From NCBI GenBank assembly GCA_963705915.1, contig OY970126.1, positions 232,306 through 296,305 on the forward strand: DNA of 64,000 nucleotides. Reading direction: 5' to 3'. The notes beneath the pieces are model-generated. The model saw nothing but the letters and a program-made list of their open reading frames with translations. It made no database searches and was not told the DNA's origin. This stretch comes from an uncultured bacterium. Its GTDB lineage: Bacteria; Patescibacteriota; Minisyncoccia; UBA6257; 2-01-FULL-56-20. The stretch's first letter is position 1; each line of letters opens with the position of its first letter. Made by a program: the position numbers and the translations under genes. This document shows, one piece after another, positions 55,674 through 64,000 of this stretch.

Positions 55674-56150
55674 ATGGAAGAACTTCGCTTAGAAATTGGC
55701 ATGCAGGCTCCGGATTTCACCCTTCCCGACCAGGATGGCAAGCTTCACACCCTTTCGGACTATCGGGGCAAATCGGTGTTGCTCTACTTTTATCCTAAAG
55801 ACGACACCCCGGGGTGCACCAAAGAAGCCTGTATGCTCCGTGACGCATTCCCCCATTTTGAAAAATTGAACGCTGTGGTTCTCGGCGTGAGCGTGGACTC
55901 CGTGGCAAGCCATAAAAAGTTTATTGAAAAATATAATTTGCCGTTCACGCTATTATCCGACGAACATAAAAAAGTCGTGGATCTCTACCATGTTTGGGCG
56001 AAAAAACGTCTTTACGGACGCGAATATGATGGCATCTTACGAACTTCTTTCCTCATCGATCAGGAAGGCGATATCGAAAAGATCTACCACGACGTAAAAC
56101 CTGAGAAGCACGCCGAAGAAGTTATACACGACCTGAGCGCATCAGATTAG
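55674..56150 (+). CDS. bcp: thioredoxin-dependent thiol peroxidase BCP
   Basis: [27 protein letters not shown]. Confidence 0.93.
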   Translation: MEELRLEIGMQAPDFTLPDQDGKLHTLSDYRGKSVLLYFYPKDDTPGCTKEACMLRDAFPHFEKLNAVVLGVSVDSVASHKKFIEKYNLPFTLLSDEHKKVVDLYHVWAKKRLYGREYDGILRTSFLIDQEGDIEKIYHDVKPEKHAEEVIHDLSASD

Positions 56151-56161
56151 TGCAGAAAAGA

Positions 56162-56191
56162 AAACGTCCCATCGGGCGAGACGGGACGTTT
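56162..56191. terminator. hairpin between convergent genes
   Basis: AAACGTCCC...GGGACGTTT. Confidence 0.55.
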
Positions 56192-56195
56192 ACGG

Positions 56196-56621
56196 TTAGA
56201 ACCACGGCCACCCAAGAAGGCCTTTCTTTTTATTGTTTTTTGGGACGCTACACGGCTCGAGGCGGCAGAGATCGGTCATTGCCTCTTTCACTTCTGCATT
56301 CCATCGCGGACATTGTGGATCCCACGTCTTCCGGCAGCTCTGATGGATCTTTGTCACAGCATCAAACAGTTTGTCCTTGGCGGCTTTCGCAAGCTGCGCA
56401 CGGCGCAAAGCTTCTGCCTGATCGCCTTCAGTCGAAGACAATGCATCGAGCTCACTCTTGTGCGGAATCTCCTGGCAAGGAACGTGGTTGATGGATGATT
56501 GTTGCAGGCTCGGCGGCAGAGCCCCACATGGCATCTGAACTTGAGCATGCCCAGCTTGCAGGAATAGTAACCCTACTGCAACAAACAGCAAGGCGTGCAT
56601 TTTCCCTGTGTATAGGCGCAT
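56196..56621 (-). CDS. secreted Cys-containing hypothetical protein
   Basis: Signal peptide (GHA-Q); six Cys; GGGGAGG upstream of the ATG. Confidence 0.55.
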   Translation of the reverse strand: MRLYTGKMHALLFVAVGLLFLQAGHAQVQMPCGALPPSLQQSSINHVPCQEIPHKSELDALSSTEGDQAEALRRAQLAKAAKDKLFDAVTKIHQSCRKTWDPQCPRWNAEVKEAMTDLCRLEPCSVPKNNKKKGLLGWPWF

Positions 56622-56816
56622 CGCTATCCTCCCCCTGGTGCGACGTTCTGATTACATTCTACCAAAGCTCCGCGCAGGCATGCTATCCCCAGAGCCTTCT
56701 AACATTTCTCTAAAAAAGGAGTATAATACGGCTAGAACATTGCCATATATTTCGAGCTCCTTGATAGCCGATATCTTTTAAAGGCCGTCATATTGCAGTT
56801 AAAAAACTTACCATTT

Positions 56817-57779
56817 ATGAAAAAAATACTTTATTTCGCAGTTGGTATGCTTGCAATCGTGGGCTTCGGAATGAATATAGGTCTTGCGCACGCACAAAGT
56901 GTTCCGGGCGCAGGAACCCCTTCCACAGCAACATTGCAGCAGGAACTCCAGGTTGCAAAAGCAACACTCGTCAATCTTGAGATGCAAGCGGGCATGATCC
57001 CTGCGGGTGATAACAACGTGCCGGCAACAGGATCTGCTTCGGCTGGATTATCCGTGAGCGATCGCACAACGATTTCGAACGCCCTTGGCTCATTGGTCTC
57101 GGCGCTCTCGTCGCTTAATGCCACGCTTGCAGCGAATCCAACGGAGGCAACAACGCATCAAGCTGCCATCGCTTCCGTCTTGAGCGGTATGCAAAGCACA
57201 CTCGTCGCCATGAACAATACGCTCACGAACGGCAACCAGATTTCTGGCGGCGGGGCAGCCTCTGCTCCGATTGCCGTGAACGCACCCTCGACCGGCAACT
57301 CGGGCAGCGCCGCTGCTTCGACCGGCTCGAATTCCGGTTCGAACGCACCAGCTCCGATCGCACAAACACAGCCAAGCACTCCGGCAATGCCTTCCACCGG
57401 GTCGCTCGCTCCGACAGCCGCTCCGACGGCGGGATCGAATAACACCCCACAGACGGCGCAAGCCTCGAATGCCTGGACGTTCGTGGTTGCCCACTGGCCG
57501 ACGATCACGATTATCATTCTCGTAGCCCTCATCCTCCTCATTTTGTTCTGGCCAAGTAGTGATGAGAAGAAAAATGATCATCATGGCGCTCCAGCCTCGC
57601 GGCCTCAAACGCCAAATCGTCCGATTGTGACGACGACCGTACAGAGCTCACGCACCGAAACGCAAACCGCCACACCGGTTTCGACCGTTGTAGCGGCTCC
57701 AGCGCAAAAAGTTGAGGCGCAGCAGAGCAAAGTGACCGTAATCCGACCTCAACAAAACCCGCCGAAACAGATTGCGTAG
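56817..57779 (+). CDS. exported low-complexity protein with a C-proximal TM
   Basis: Signal peptide (AHA-Q); A/S/T/P-rich linker; TM ITIIILVALILLILFW. Confidence 0.7.
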   Translation: MKKILYFAVGMLAIVGFGMNIGLAHAQSVPGAGTPSTATLQQELQVAKATLVNLEMQAGMIPAGDNNVPATGSASAGLSVSDRTTISNALGSLVSALSSLNATLAANPTEATTHQAAIASVLSGMQSTLVAMNNTLTNGNQISGGGAASAPIAVNAPSTGNSGSAAASTGSNSGSNAPAPIAQTQPSTPAMPSTGSLAPTAAPTAGSNNTPQTAQASNAWTFVVAHWPTITIIILVALILLILFWPSSDEKKNDHHGAPASRPQTPNRPIVTTTVQSSRTETQTATPVSTVVAAPAQKVEAQQSKVTVIRPQQNPPKQIA

Positions 57780-57785
57780 CATAGA

Positions 57786-57818
57786 TAAAAAAGGATCCCT
57801 TCACGGGGTTCTTTTTTA
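57786..57818. terminator. bidirectional terminator
   Basis: TAAAAAAGGATCCC-ttcac-GGGGTTCTTTTTTA. Confidence 0.65.
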
Positions 57819-57820
57819 TA

Positions 57821-57991
57821 TTATGGTACGTGCGAGGCGGAACAGGTCTCAATAATAATTGGGGCGTGATTGAATGTCTGGTCGGCAAGGTAACCAAGTC
57901 CGAAACTCAATGAAGCCGTAATAAAAACGATGACACCGAGCACCATCTCCCGTCCATGAGCATAAAGCCAGCCACGAATGTTCTCACGCAT
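57821..57991 (-). CDS. 56-aa single-TM hypothetical protein (below the ORF-track cutoff)
   Basis: MRENIRGWLYAHGREMVLGVIVFITASLSFGLGYLADQTFNHAPIIIETCSASHVP; fills the gap between the exonuclease and the terminator. Confidence 0.6.
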   Translation of the reverse strand: MRENIRGWLYAHGREMVLGVIVFITASLSFGLGYLADQTFNHAPIIIETCSASHVP

Positions 57992-58041
57992 GATATGCTC
58001 ATCATACTCACCGCAGATTAAATTTTTCTAAAATTTCCGGG

Positions 58042-58767
58042 CTAAAAATTCAAATACGAATCCCACTTTTCATAGAGCGAACGGGTCGCCCGTAAATCAC
58101 CGACATTATATCGTGCAATATCCAGAAATCGCTTCTTCTTGAATAACGGCTGAACGTCATCCCCGCTCACGCCACCGGACTTCGGACTTTCGATACCGAA
58201 CGCCCGGGACCAAAGATGAAGACTCCCCTTGCGCCGAACGGCACCATAGAAGCTCAATTGATCATAGAGATCGACGTGTACGGCACCATCGTTTCGCGCC
58301 TGCCATGGATACCGGGCCTGCATAAGATCTTTCGTCGGCCGGATGCCATGGATTGCAGAGCGAATCATGAGAAACGGCACATCGAATCCGCGACCGTTGA
58401 ACGTGACGAAGATTTGATACTTCAACGCGAGTTCCCAAAACTTTTTGAGCATGTCGGCTTCAGTCATCTGCTTCAAAACGACGCCGTCTTCTTTTTCTTC
58501 CTCATTTTTCTGTCCGGGCGCCTGATAATACACTGCGCCTTCATTCTTATGGAAATCAAGGACCCCCAGCGCAACGATCTCGCCGGTGAGCGGCGAGAAG
58601 CCGAGACCGTTTTTGAGGTCCTGGAGCGCAAGTTTATACTCCTCCTCGTTATTTGAATCTTTTTTGATCCACCGCGTGAGATTTTCCTGCGTGGCCTTGT
58701 CGAGTGCATCAAAATCCTCGCCGATGGTTTCTATATCGAAAATAAGCTTATTCGCCGGGGTTGACAT
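58042..58767 (-). CDS. RNase H-like 3'-5' exonuclease (PolB-exo related)
   Basis: ExoI FDIET, ExoII TFNGRGFDVPFL, HVDL, ExoIII YNVGD. Confidence 0.85.
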   Translation of the reverse strand: MSTPANKLIFDIETIGEDFDALDKATQENLTRWIKKDSNNEEEYKLALQDLKNGLGFSPLTGEIVALGVLDFHKNEGAVYYQAPGQKNEEEKEDGVVLKQMTEADMLKKFWELALKYQIFVTFNGRGFDVPFLMIRSAIHGIRPTKDLMQARYPWQARNDGAVHVDLYDQLSFYGAVRRKGSLHLWSRAFGIESPKSGGVSGDDVQPLFKKKRFLDIARYNVGDLRATRSLYEKWDSYLNF

Positions 58768-58799
58768 AGCTTATAGTGTAGCATAGAATAGTAACCACT

Positions 58800-59078
58800 A
58801 TGGCCCATACCAAAGCAATAGGCTCCACCAAACTTGGCCGAGATTCCATCGCGAAACGTCTCGGCGTTAAGCTACAAGACGGCCAAAAAGTGAACGTTGG
58901 ACAAATTATTATCCGCCAGCGCGGTACAAAATATGTTCCCGGACGCAATGTGATTCGCGCCGAGGATGACACGCTTTACGCCGGAAAGAACGGCGTTGTA
59001 AAATTCATCCGCAAAACGAAAGCCCGTTTCGACGGTTCCCGCAGAAAGGCAACGATGGTCTACGTGCAGACAGCATAA
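58800..59078 (+). CDS. rpmA: 50S ribosomal protein L27
   Basis: [28 protein letters not shown]. Confidence 0.96.
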   Translation: MAHTKAIGSTKLGRDSIAKRLGVKLQDGQKVNVGQIIIRQRGTKYVPGRNVIRAEDDTLYAGKNGVVKFIRKTKARFDGSRRKATMVYVQTA

Positions 59079-59079
59079 A

Positions 59080-59110
59080 AAATAAAACCGCCTTCGGGCG
59101 GATTTATTTT
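59080..59110. terminator. bidirectional terminator between rpmA and rplI
   Basis: CCGCC-TTCG-GGCGG flanked by A- and T-runs. Confidence 0.7.
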
Positions 59111-59553
59111 TTTGCTTTAACGACAATCTTCAACGTCGCGGTGATCCCCTTTTTGAGATCCACCGGAACGGTATACTCGCCTATTTTTTTGATTGGGTGA
59201 TCGAGTACAACATCGACGCGCTCATTGCGGACAATGGCGTGTTCGCGAAGTGCTTTACCAATCGCCTCTTTATTCACCGAGCCAAAGACCGATCCGTGCT
59301 CATCGGCCTCAATTTCAAATTGCAGACCGAGTTCATTGATCTGCCCCGCGATTTCATGAAGCCGTTTGATCAATTCCTGATCTTCATGCTCCGCACTTGT
59401 TTTCATCTTGTCGAGCTTCGCAAGCGCGCCAGCCGTTGCGGGTTCGGCAAGCTTGTTTACAAAGAGAAAATTCCTGGCGTAACCGTCGCTCACGTCTTTC
59501 ACGTCATATTTTTTGCCAATATTTCGGACGTCCTGCAAAAGGATTATTTTCAT
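59104..59553 (-). CDS. rplI: 50S ribosomal protein L9
   Basis: MKIILLQDV..IGK...V.DGYARNFL, FGSV, PIK.IG. Confidence 0.95.
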   Translation of the reverse strand: MKIILLQDVRNIGKKYDVKDVSDGYARNFLFVNKLAEPATAGALAKLDKMKTSAEHEDQELIKRLHEIAGQINELGLQFEIEADEHGSVFGSVNKEAIGKALREHAIVRNERVDVVLDHPIKKIGEYTVPVDLKKGITATLKIVVKAKK

Positions 59554-59590
59554 GGTTGTCTCATCGTACTCGTTTTTAGACCGAATGCAA

Positions 59591-60841
59591 CTACTGCGCA
59601 GTGCTCGTCGCCGCAGCAATCTCTGCCTGCACTACTTGCAATGCCTTATCAAGCTGTGGATCCTGGCCGGCGGCTGCTTCGGCGTCGGTTGTCGAGACAT
59701 TGTATGTCGGTGCAAGACCGACGCCAAACTGCAGGATTTCACCCGAAGGCAAAACCCAGTGGGCAACGGTCAGTTTGATCGCCGACCCGTCGGCAAGCGG
59801 CTCGAGCTCCTGAACCGTCCCTTTGCCAAAGCTGTGTTGGCCGACGAGCGGAATACCGCGATCGTCATGGAGTGCGCCCGCGAGAATTTCTGCCGCCGAC
59901 GCAGAACCATTGTCGATCAAAATGGCCATTGGCATATCGGCAAGCGCACCGCTGCCATTTGCCGTGAAATCTTGCTCTGGCACTGAACGGCCTACTTCTT
60001 TTACAACGGGCGAGCCTGGCTTCAAGAAATATCCGGCGAGATCAACGGCCACCTCAAGATAGCCGCCCGGATTATCACGTAAATCGAGCACGATGCCCTG
60101 GGCGTTATTATCCACCGCCTGGATAAGGGCGTTATAAAAATCCGAATCGGCGTCTTGGGTAAACTCATTGAGGGTAATGTGCGCAATGTCACCCTTCATT
60201 TCGAAATCCACATTCGGAACCTGGATGTCGCTGCGGACAATTTTGAAATCTTTCGGAGCCGTCCAGCCTTGCCGCAAAACACTCAGGGTTACCGTTGTCC
60301 CCGGGTTCCCTCGGATCAAATTCACGGCATCATCAACCGACATGTCGGCCGTAGAGGTTCCGTTGATGCCAACGATAATGTCGTCGGGTTTCAAGCCGGC
60401 TTGGGCAGCAGGGGTTCCTTTGATCGGCGCGATGATCACGACATCGCCCTGAGCATCACTTCCCAGCTGTGCGCCGATGCCACCAAAATCACCTGTGATA
60501 TCCTGCTGAAATTCCTGATTGTCTGAGGGCGAGAAAAATTCCGTATACGGATCGCCGAGCGAATTCACAAGCCCGTTTATGGCGCCGTACACTTTTTGCT
60601 GATTTGTCGTGCTTGGGTTATTCAAGTAGTCGCTGTTGATGAGTTGCCAAGCCTGCCAGAACGTGCTGAAATCGGCTGTTGTCGAAGACGGTGTTGCGAT
60701 ATTCGAAACGCCGGTTACAACGATATTCGTTGGATACTGACGCCCTTCCGCCCATCCGAGCCAGAAACCGCTCCCTAAAACGACGACGCCGAGAACGACG
60801 GCAACGATAATTTCTAGTATCTTTTTCTTACGCAAGGACAT
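59591..60841 (-). CDS. carboxyl-terminal processing protease (S41A, CtpA-like)
   Basis: DPYT, PDZ (GIGA), LDLRDNPGG, SASAAEI, GKGTVQ. Confidence 0.92.
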   Translation of the reverse strand: MSLRKKKILEIIVAVVLGVVVLGSGFWLGWAEGRQYPTNIVVTGVSNIATPSSTTADFSTFWQAWQLINSDYLNNPSTTNQQKVYGAINGLVNSLGDPYTEFFSPSDNQEFQQDITGDFGGIGAQLGSDAQGDVVIIAPIKGTPAAQAGLKPDDIIVGINGTSTADMSVDDAVNLIRGNPGTTVTLSVLRQGWTAPKDFKIVRSDIQVPNVDFEMKGDIAHITLNEFTQDADSDFYNALIQAVDNNAQGIVLDLRDNPGGYLEVAVDLAGYFLKPGSPVVKEVGRSVPEQDFTANGSGALADMPMAILIDNGSASAAEILAGALHDDRGIPLVGQHSFGKGTVQELEPLADGSAIKLTVAHWVLPSGEILQFGVGLAPTYNVSTTDAEAAAGQDPQLDKALQVVQAEIAAATSTAQ

Positions 60842-60904
60842 ATCGCTCAATTATATCATACGGTGAATGACAAATGCCAAAAACTCTATTAAAATCTTAG
60901 TACG

Positions 60905-61177
60905 ATGACGAGCCTCAAAGATCGCTATTCGGCGGAGCTCAAACGGAGGGCTAAAGAATCACGGATATATCGAAAATATCAGCTCACCGGTCTCACCATA
61001 GCCGGCATATTAAAAGACGAGAGACATAAGGCGCTCTATATAAAGCTCGCCAGGGATTTGAATGGCCAAAAATTACTTCGCTTAGCAAAAGATGTCGCTG
61101 AACGAGGCCAGGTTAAAAATAAGGGGGCGTATTTCATGCGGCTCGTCACCATGGAACCAGGAGCCTTCAAGAAATAA
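60905..61177 (+). CDS. small basic hypothetical protein
   Basis: 90-aa ORF directly upstream of def; YQL.GL.IA..L.D..HKALYIKL, NKGAYFM. Confidence 0.65.
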   Translation: MTSLKDRYSAELKRRAKESRIYRKYQLTGLTIAGILKDERHKALYIKLARDLNGQKLLRLAKDVAERGQVKNKGAYFMRLVTMEPGAFKK

Positions 61178-61185
61178 GCGCATAC

Positions 61186-61698
61186 ATGACAAATACTATC
61201 CTGCTTGCCGAGCATAAGAAAGAAGAAAAGATATTGCGAAAAAAAACTTCTGCTTTTGACTTTGCGGAGCATTCTTCAAAAGAAATTCGCGAGCTCGTCG
61301 CATGTATGCGGCGGATCATGCGTGAAGCAAACGGCATCGGACTCTCGGCAAATCAAATCGGTCTCGACCTTCGGTTGTTCGTTGCAGAGATCCCAAATCA
61401 CGACGGCGGAACAAAATTTTATGCCGTATTCAATCCTGTCATTGAAAAAATCGGGACTGAAAAAAAACTTCTCGAAGAAGGGTGTCTCAGCGTTCCAGGG
61501 AAATACGGGAATGTTGAACGCGCGACCCAAATCACGGTCAACGGATTTGATAAATATGGAAAACCAGCGCGCATCAAAGCATGGGGGCTTCTCGCCCACG
61601 TGTTCCAACATGAAATCGACCATCTGAACGGCATACTTTTCATTGACAAGGCAAAGCAGCTGCACGAATCCTCGACCACTGAAAAAAGCGCCCGATGA
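61186..61698 (+). CDS. def: peptide deformylase
   Basis: GIGLSANQIG, EGCLS, QHEIDHLNG. Confidence 0.96.
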   Translation: MTNTILLAEHKKEEKILRKKTSAFDFAEHSSKEIRELVACMRRIMREANGIGLSANQIGLDLRLFVAEIPNHDGGTKFYAVFNPVIEKIGTEKKLLEEGCLSVPGKYGNVERATQITVNGFDKYGKPARIKAWGLLAHVFQHEIDHLNGILFIDKAKQLHESSTTEKSAR

Positions 61699-62537
61699 AT
61701 TACGTCTTCTTTGGCAGTCCCCGCTTTGCAACCATCGTCCTCATCCGCCTCATGGATGCCGGCCTTATGCCGGCCGCTCTCGTTTGTAACCCAGACCGCC
61801 CGGCGGGACGAAAACAAATCATGACTGCGCCACCGACAAAGGATCTCATGCTCGGGCGCATGCAAACGGCTCCCATCCTCCAACCTGAAAAACTGACGAG
61901 TTCTTTCGCCGCTGAGCTAAAAGTTTTGAACCCGGACTTTTTTATCGTGGCAGCGTACGGGGCCATCATCCCGGAAGCCGTGCTCGAAATTCCAAAGTTC
62001 GGAACGCTCGGGACGCATCCATCGCTCCTGCCAAAATACCGCGGCGCATCCCCTATTCAATCGGCGCTTTTAGACGGCGAGGCAACCACGGGAACGAGCA
62101 TCTACCTTATGGACGACAAAGTGGATCACGGCCCGATCCTTGCACAGGCATCACTCACTGTTTCTGCGGGTGAAAATTATGAATCGCTTGAAGCGAGACT
62201 CGGAACACTCTCCGGTGGGTTACTTGCCGATGTACTGGCGAATTTCTCGGCCGGAACCATGAAGCCAAAACCCCAGGATGAAGCTCAAGCAACCTATACA
62301 AAAAAATTTGATACGCAAGACGCTTTTATCGACAATAATGACCTTCAAAAAGCGCAGACTGGCGACGTGGCCGTAGGCACAACAATCTACCGGAAAATAA
62401 AGGCGCTCAATCCTGAGCCCGGATGCTGGACCATGCAAGGCGGCAAACGCATAAAACTTCTCGAAGCTTCCATGACGAACGGCGTGTTCAACCTTATCAC
62501 CATCCAAGAAGAAGGCGGCTTGCCGAAGAAAGTTTAA
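61695..62537 (+). CDS. fmt: methionyl-tRNA formyltransferase
   Basis: FFGSP.FA, PDRPAGR, HPSLLPKYRGASPIQ, D.GPI. Confidence 0.95.
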   Translation: MNYVFFGSPRFATIVLIRLMDAGLMPAALVCNPDRPAGRKQIMTAPPTKDLMLGRMQTAPILQPEKLTSSFAAELKVLNPDFFIVAAYGAIIPEAVLEIPKFGTLGTHPSLLPKYRGASPIQSALLDGEATTGTSIYLMDDKVDHGPILAQASLTVSAGENYESLEARLGTLSGGLLADVLANFSAGTMKPKPQDEAQATYTKKFDTQDAFIDNNDLQKAQTGDVAVGTTIYRKIKALNPEPGCWTMQGGKRIKLLEASMTNGVFNLITIQEEGGLPKKV

Positions 62538-62538
62538 C

Positions 62539-63933
62539 TTAAGGATTTTTATCGATATCTTCTTCGAGGTGCTGTACCTCCCCTTTGAGTCTATCGTTTC
62601 CGGTGCCAAGGTCACGCTCAATCGCATGGACATCACGATCAAGGCGATCGCGGAATTCGTGCATTTCACGCTGCATCCCTGATCGCCATCGGAAGAGCAG
62701 ATAGATGGCGATACACGCTCCAAGGGCAATTATGAAGCCGATGATGAACACGAGCCACGCCCATGCATCCAAGAATTCACTGACAGCGCAGTTGATAAAG
62801 AAGCTGGTGGTTCCGCATGAACCTTCGACTTGGAAGTTGATCGTCTCGTCGCGATAGTTGCCGGCTTCGTCAAAGGCGCGTACCGTAAGCGTTCTGCTCG
62901 CCGCAGGAAATTGCGACGGCAATGTGTATTCGGACGACGTTCCGTCTTCTATAGAAGACGCATTGAACCAATCGCCGTCGCCGATTTTCACCTCGTAATA
63001 GGCGATACCCGACGTTTTGTCCGTCGCAACCCATTGGAAAACCGGTTGGCTGTCCATCAAGTTTGTATCTTCACGAACAATGACAAACGGATCGGGCGGT
63101 GTGCGGTCGAGCCACATTGGCTTCACGGCGGGTGCAGACCATGTTCTTCCACTCTCAAAACTTACGAAGAAATACCACTGCCCGTCATCAAACGTGGTGA
63201 GGTCGTACGCGGTTTGCGATACGAGGCCCTGACTCACGTCGGGTAACTGGTAATTTGGGTTATTCGAAATGTTATAATCGACACCGTCAGCGTCCGATGG
63301 CACGCTCCAGTTGAATGTGATTGCGTTCAAATTGTACCAAGTTCCATTGACGATCGACGGGTTTGACGTGATGAGCACGGTCGACCCCGCGTTGTTATTT
63401 GACGACGATGGGCCGGGGGCCAATGGCGTGAGCGTAAAGTTCGCCCCGGACATCGTATCTAAGATCTCCGTCCCTTGGCCATCGTTCGCAAGCACTGATC
63501 CCGACGAAAACGCTATGGATGCAGCGCCCGGAGCAACCGCCTGGAACGTTACGGTGACGATATTTCCGCCAGAACCTTCGAAGCCCGGATTGATAACCAC
63601 GCCCTGGAAATTAACGCTCCCATCCTGATTTGAAAACGAGGGCTGCTCAACCCATAAATTGACGATCGAGTTTCCTGTGGAAACCGAGAGTACGTGGAGA
63701 AGGTCGCTCGGAAAAGAAAGACTTCCCTGCACGGCGTTCATGGCCTGATCGGATGAGTCGACAAGCACGTTCACGCTAAAACTTCGGCCGACAAAATATT
63801 CTCCGGACGCAGGTGACAAACTGAGCGTTGCAGCGGAAGCCGCCTTCGGTACTATAAGGGCGAAGAAAATCCCAAGAATAATTCCCGCGCCCGCTAACGC
63901 TTTCCCTTTCGTCGAACGAGCCATATAGACCAT
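62539..63933 (-). CDS. cohesin-like domain surface protein with C-terminal TM
   Basis: Signal peptide (ASA-A); cohesin-like N-domain (VLANDGQGT); DRTPP, D..SGIAYYE and VRAFDEAGN Ig-like motifs; TM plus cytoplasmic tail. Confidence 0.75.
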   Translation of the reverse strand: MVYMARSTKGKALAGAGIILGIFFALIVPKAASAATLSLSPASGEYFVGRSFSVNVLVDSSDQAMNAVQGSLSFPSDLLHVLSVSTGNSIVNLWVEQPSFSNQDGSVNFQGVVINPGFEGSGGNIVTVTFQAVAPGAASIAFSSGSVLANDGQGTEILDTMSGANFTLTPLAPGPSSSNNNAGSTVLITSNPSIVNGTWYNLNAITFNWSVPSDADGVDYNISNNPNYQLPDVSQGLVSQTAYDLTTFDDGQWYFFVSFESGRTWSAPAVKPMWLDRTPPDPFVIVREDTNLMDSQPVFQWVATDKTSGIAYYEVKIGDGDWFNASSIEDGTSSEYTLPSQFPAASRTLTVRAFDEAGNYRDETINFQVEGSCGTTSFFINCAVSEFLDAWAWLVFIIGFIIALGACIAIYLLFRWRSGMQREMHEFRDRLDRDVHAIERDLGTGNDRLKGEVQHLEEDIDKNP

Positions 63934-64000
63934 CCTAACACAACAACCAACGCGCCGATGACAATATCGACCAAAAGGATATTGGGAGCAGAATGCGGAT

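Noticed and set aside
8137-63628. Numerous long antisense or alternate-frame ORFs in the track (e.g. 8202-8756, 18187-18885, 19748-20356, 25144-25779, 43937-44515, 59197-59778)
   Set aside because: They overlap well-supported genes and lack motifs or start signals; treated as shadow ORFs.

Overview
A gene-dense 64-kb chromosomal segment in genetic code 11. It is very probably from a Patescibacteria/CPR (Parcubacteria-like) bacterium, inferred from the short EF-Ts, alpha2-type GlyRS, truncated DnaX/RecO/PilB, a type IV pilus locus, many Ser/Thr-rich exported proteins and almost no biosynthetic genes. Housekeeping genes: frr, holB, mreB, murA, glyQS, recO, tsf, rpsB, mraY, scpAB, dnaX, obgE, typA, rpmA, rplI, def, fmt, tRNA-Tyr and tRNA-Gln. 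Also present are two ABC export systems and a methionine-sulfoxide/thiol repair cluster. Two features stand out. (1) A ~640-nt stretch with no credible ORF (about 2154-2800, minus strand) has its own sigma70-like promoter and intrinsic terminator, many GNRA/UUCG-capped hairpins and long-range helices; it is a candidate large structured ncRNA that I cannot assign to a known class. (2) A six-gene cluster (46542-53497) pairs a ThiF-family adenylyltransferase, an Acg/TyzC-like nitroreductase, a PaaK-like adenylate-forming ligase and a Leu/Phe dehydrogenase with a 7TM histidine kinase and a stand-alone receiver; it is a candidate make-and-sense small-molecule signalling system. Smaller observations include a structured element carrying a copy of the tRNA-Tyr 3' end, a Cys/His-rich micro-protein, pervasive leaderless gene starts and Lys/Arg-depleted surface proteins. 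I found no CRISPR array, integrase or transposase. All calls come from reading the sequence by eye; no searches or folding programs were run.
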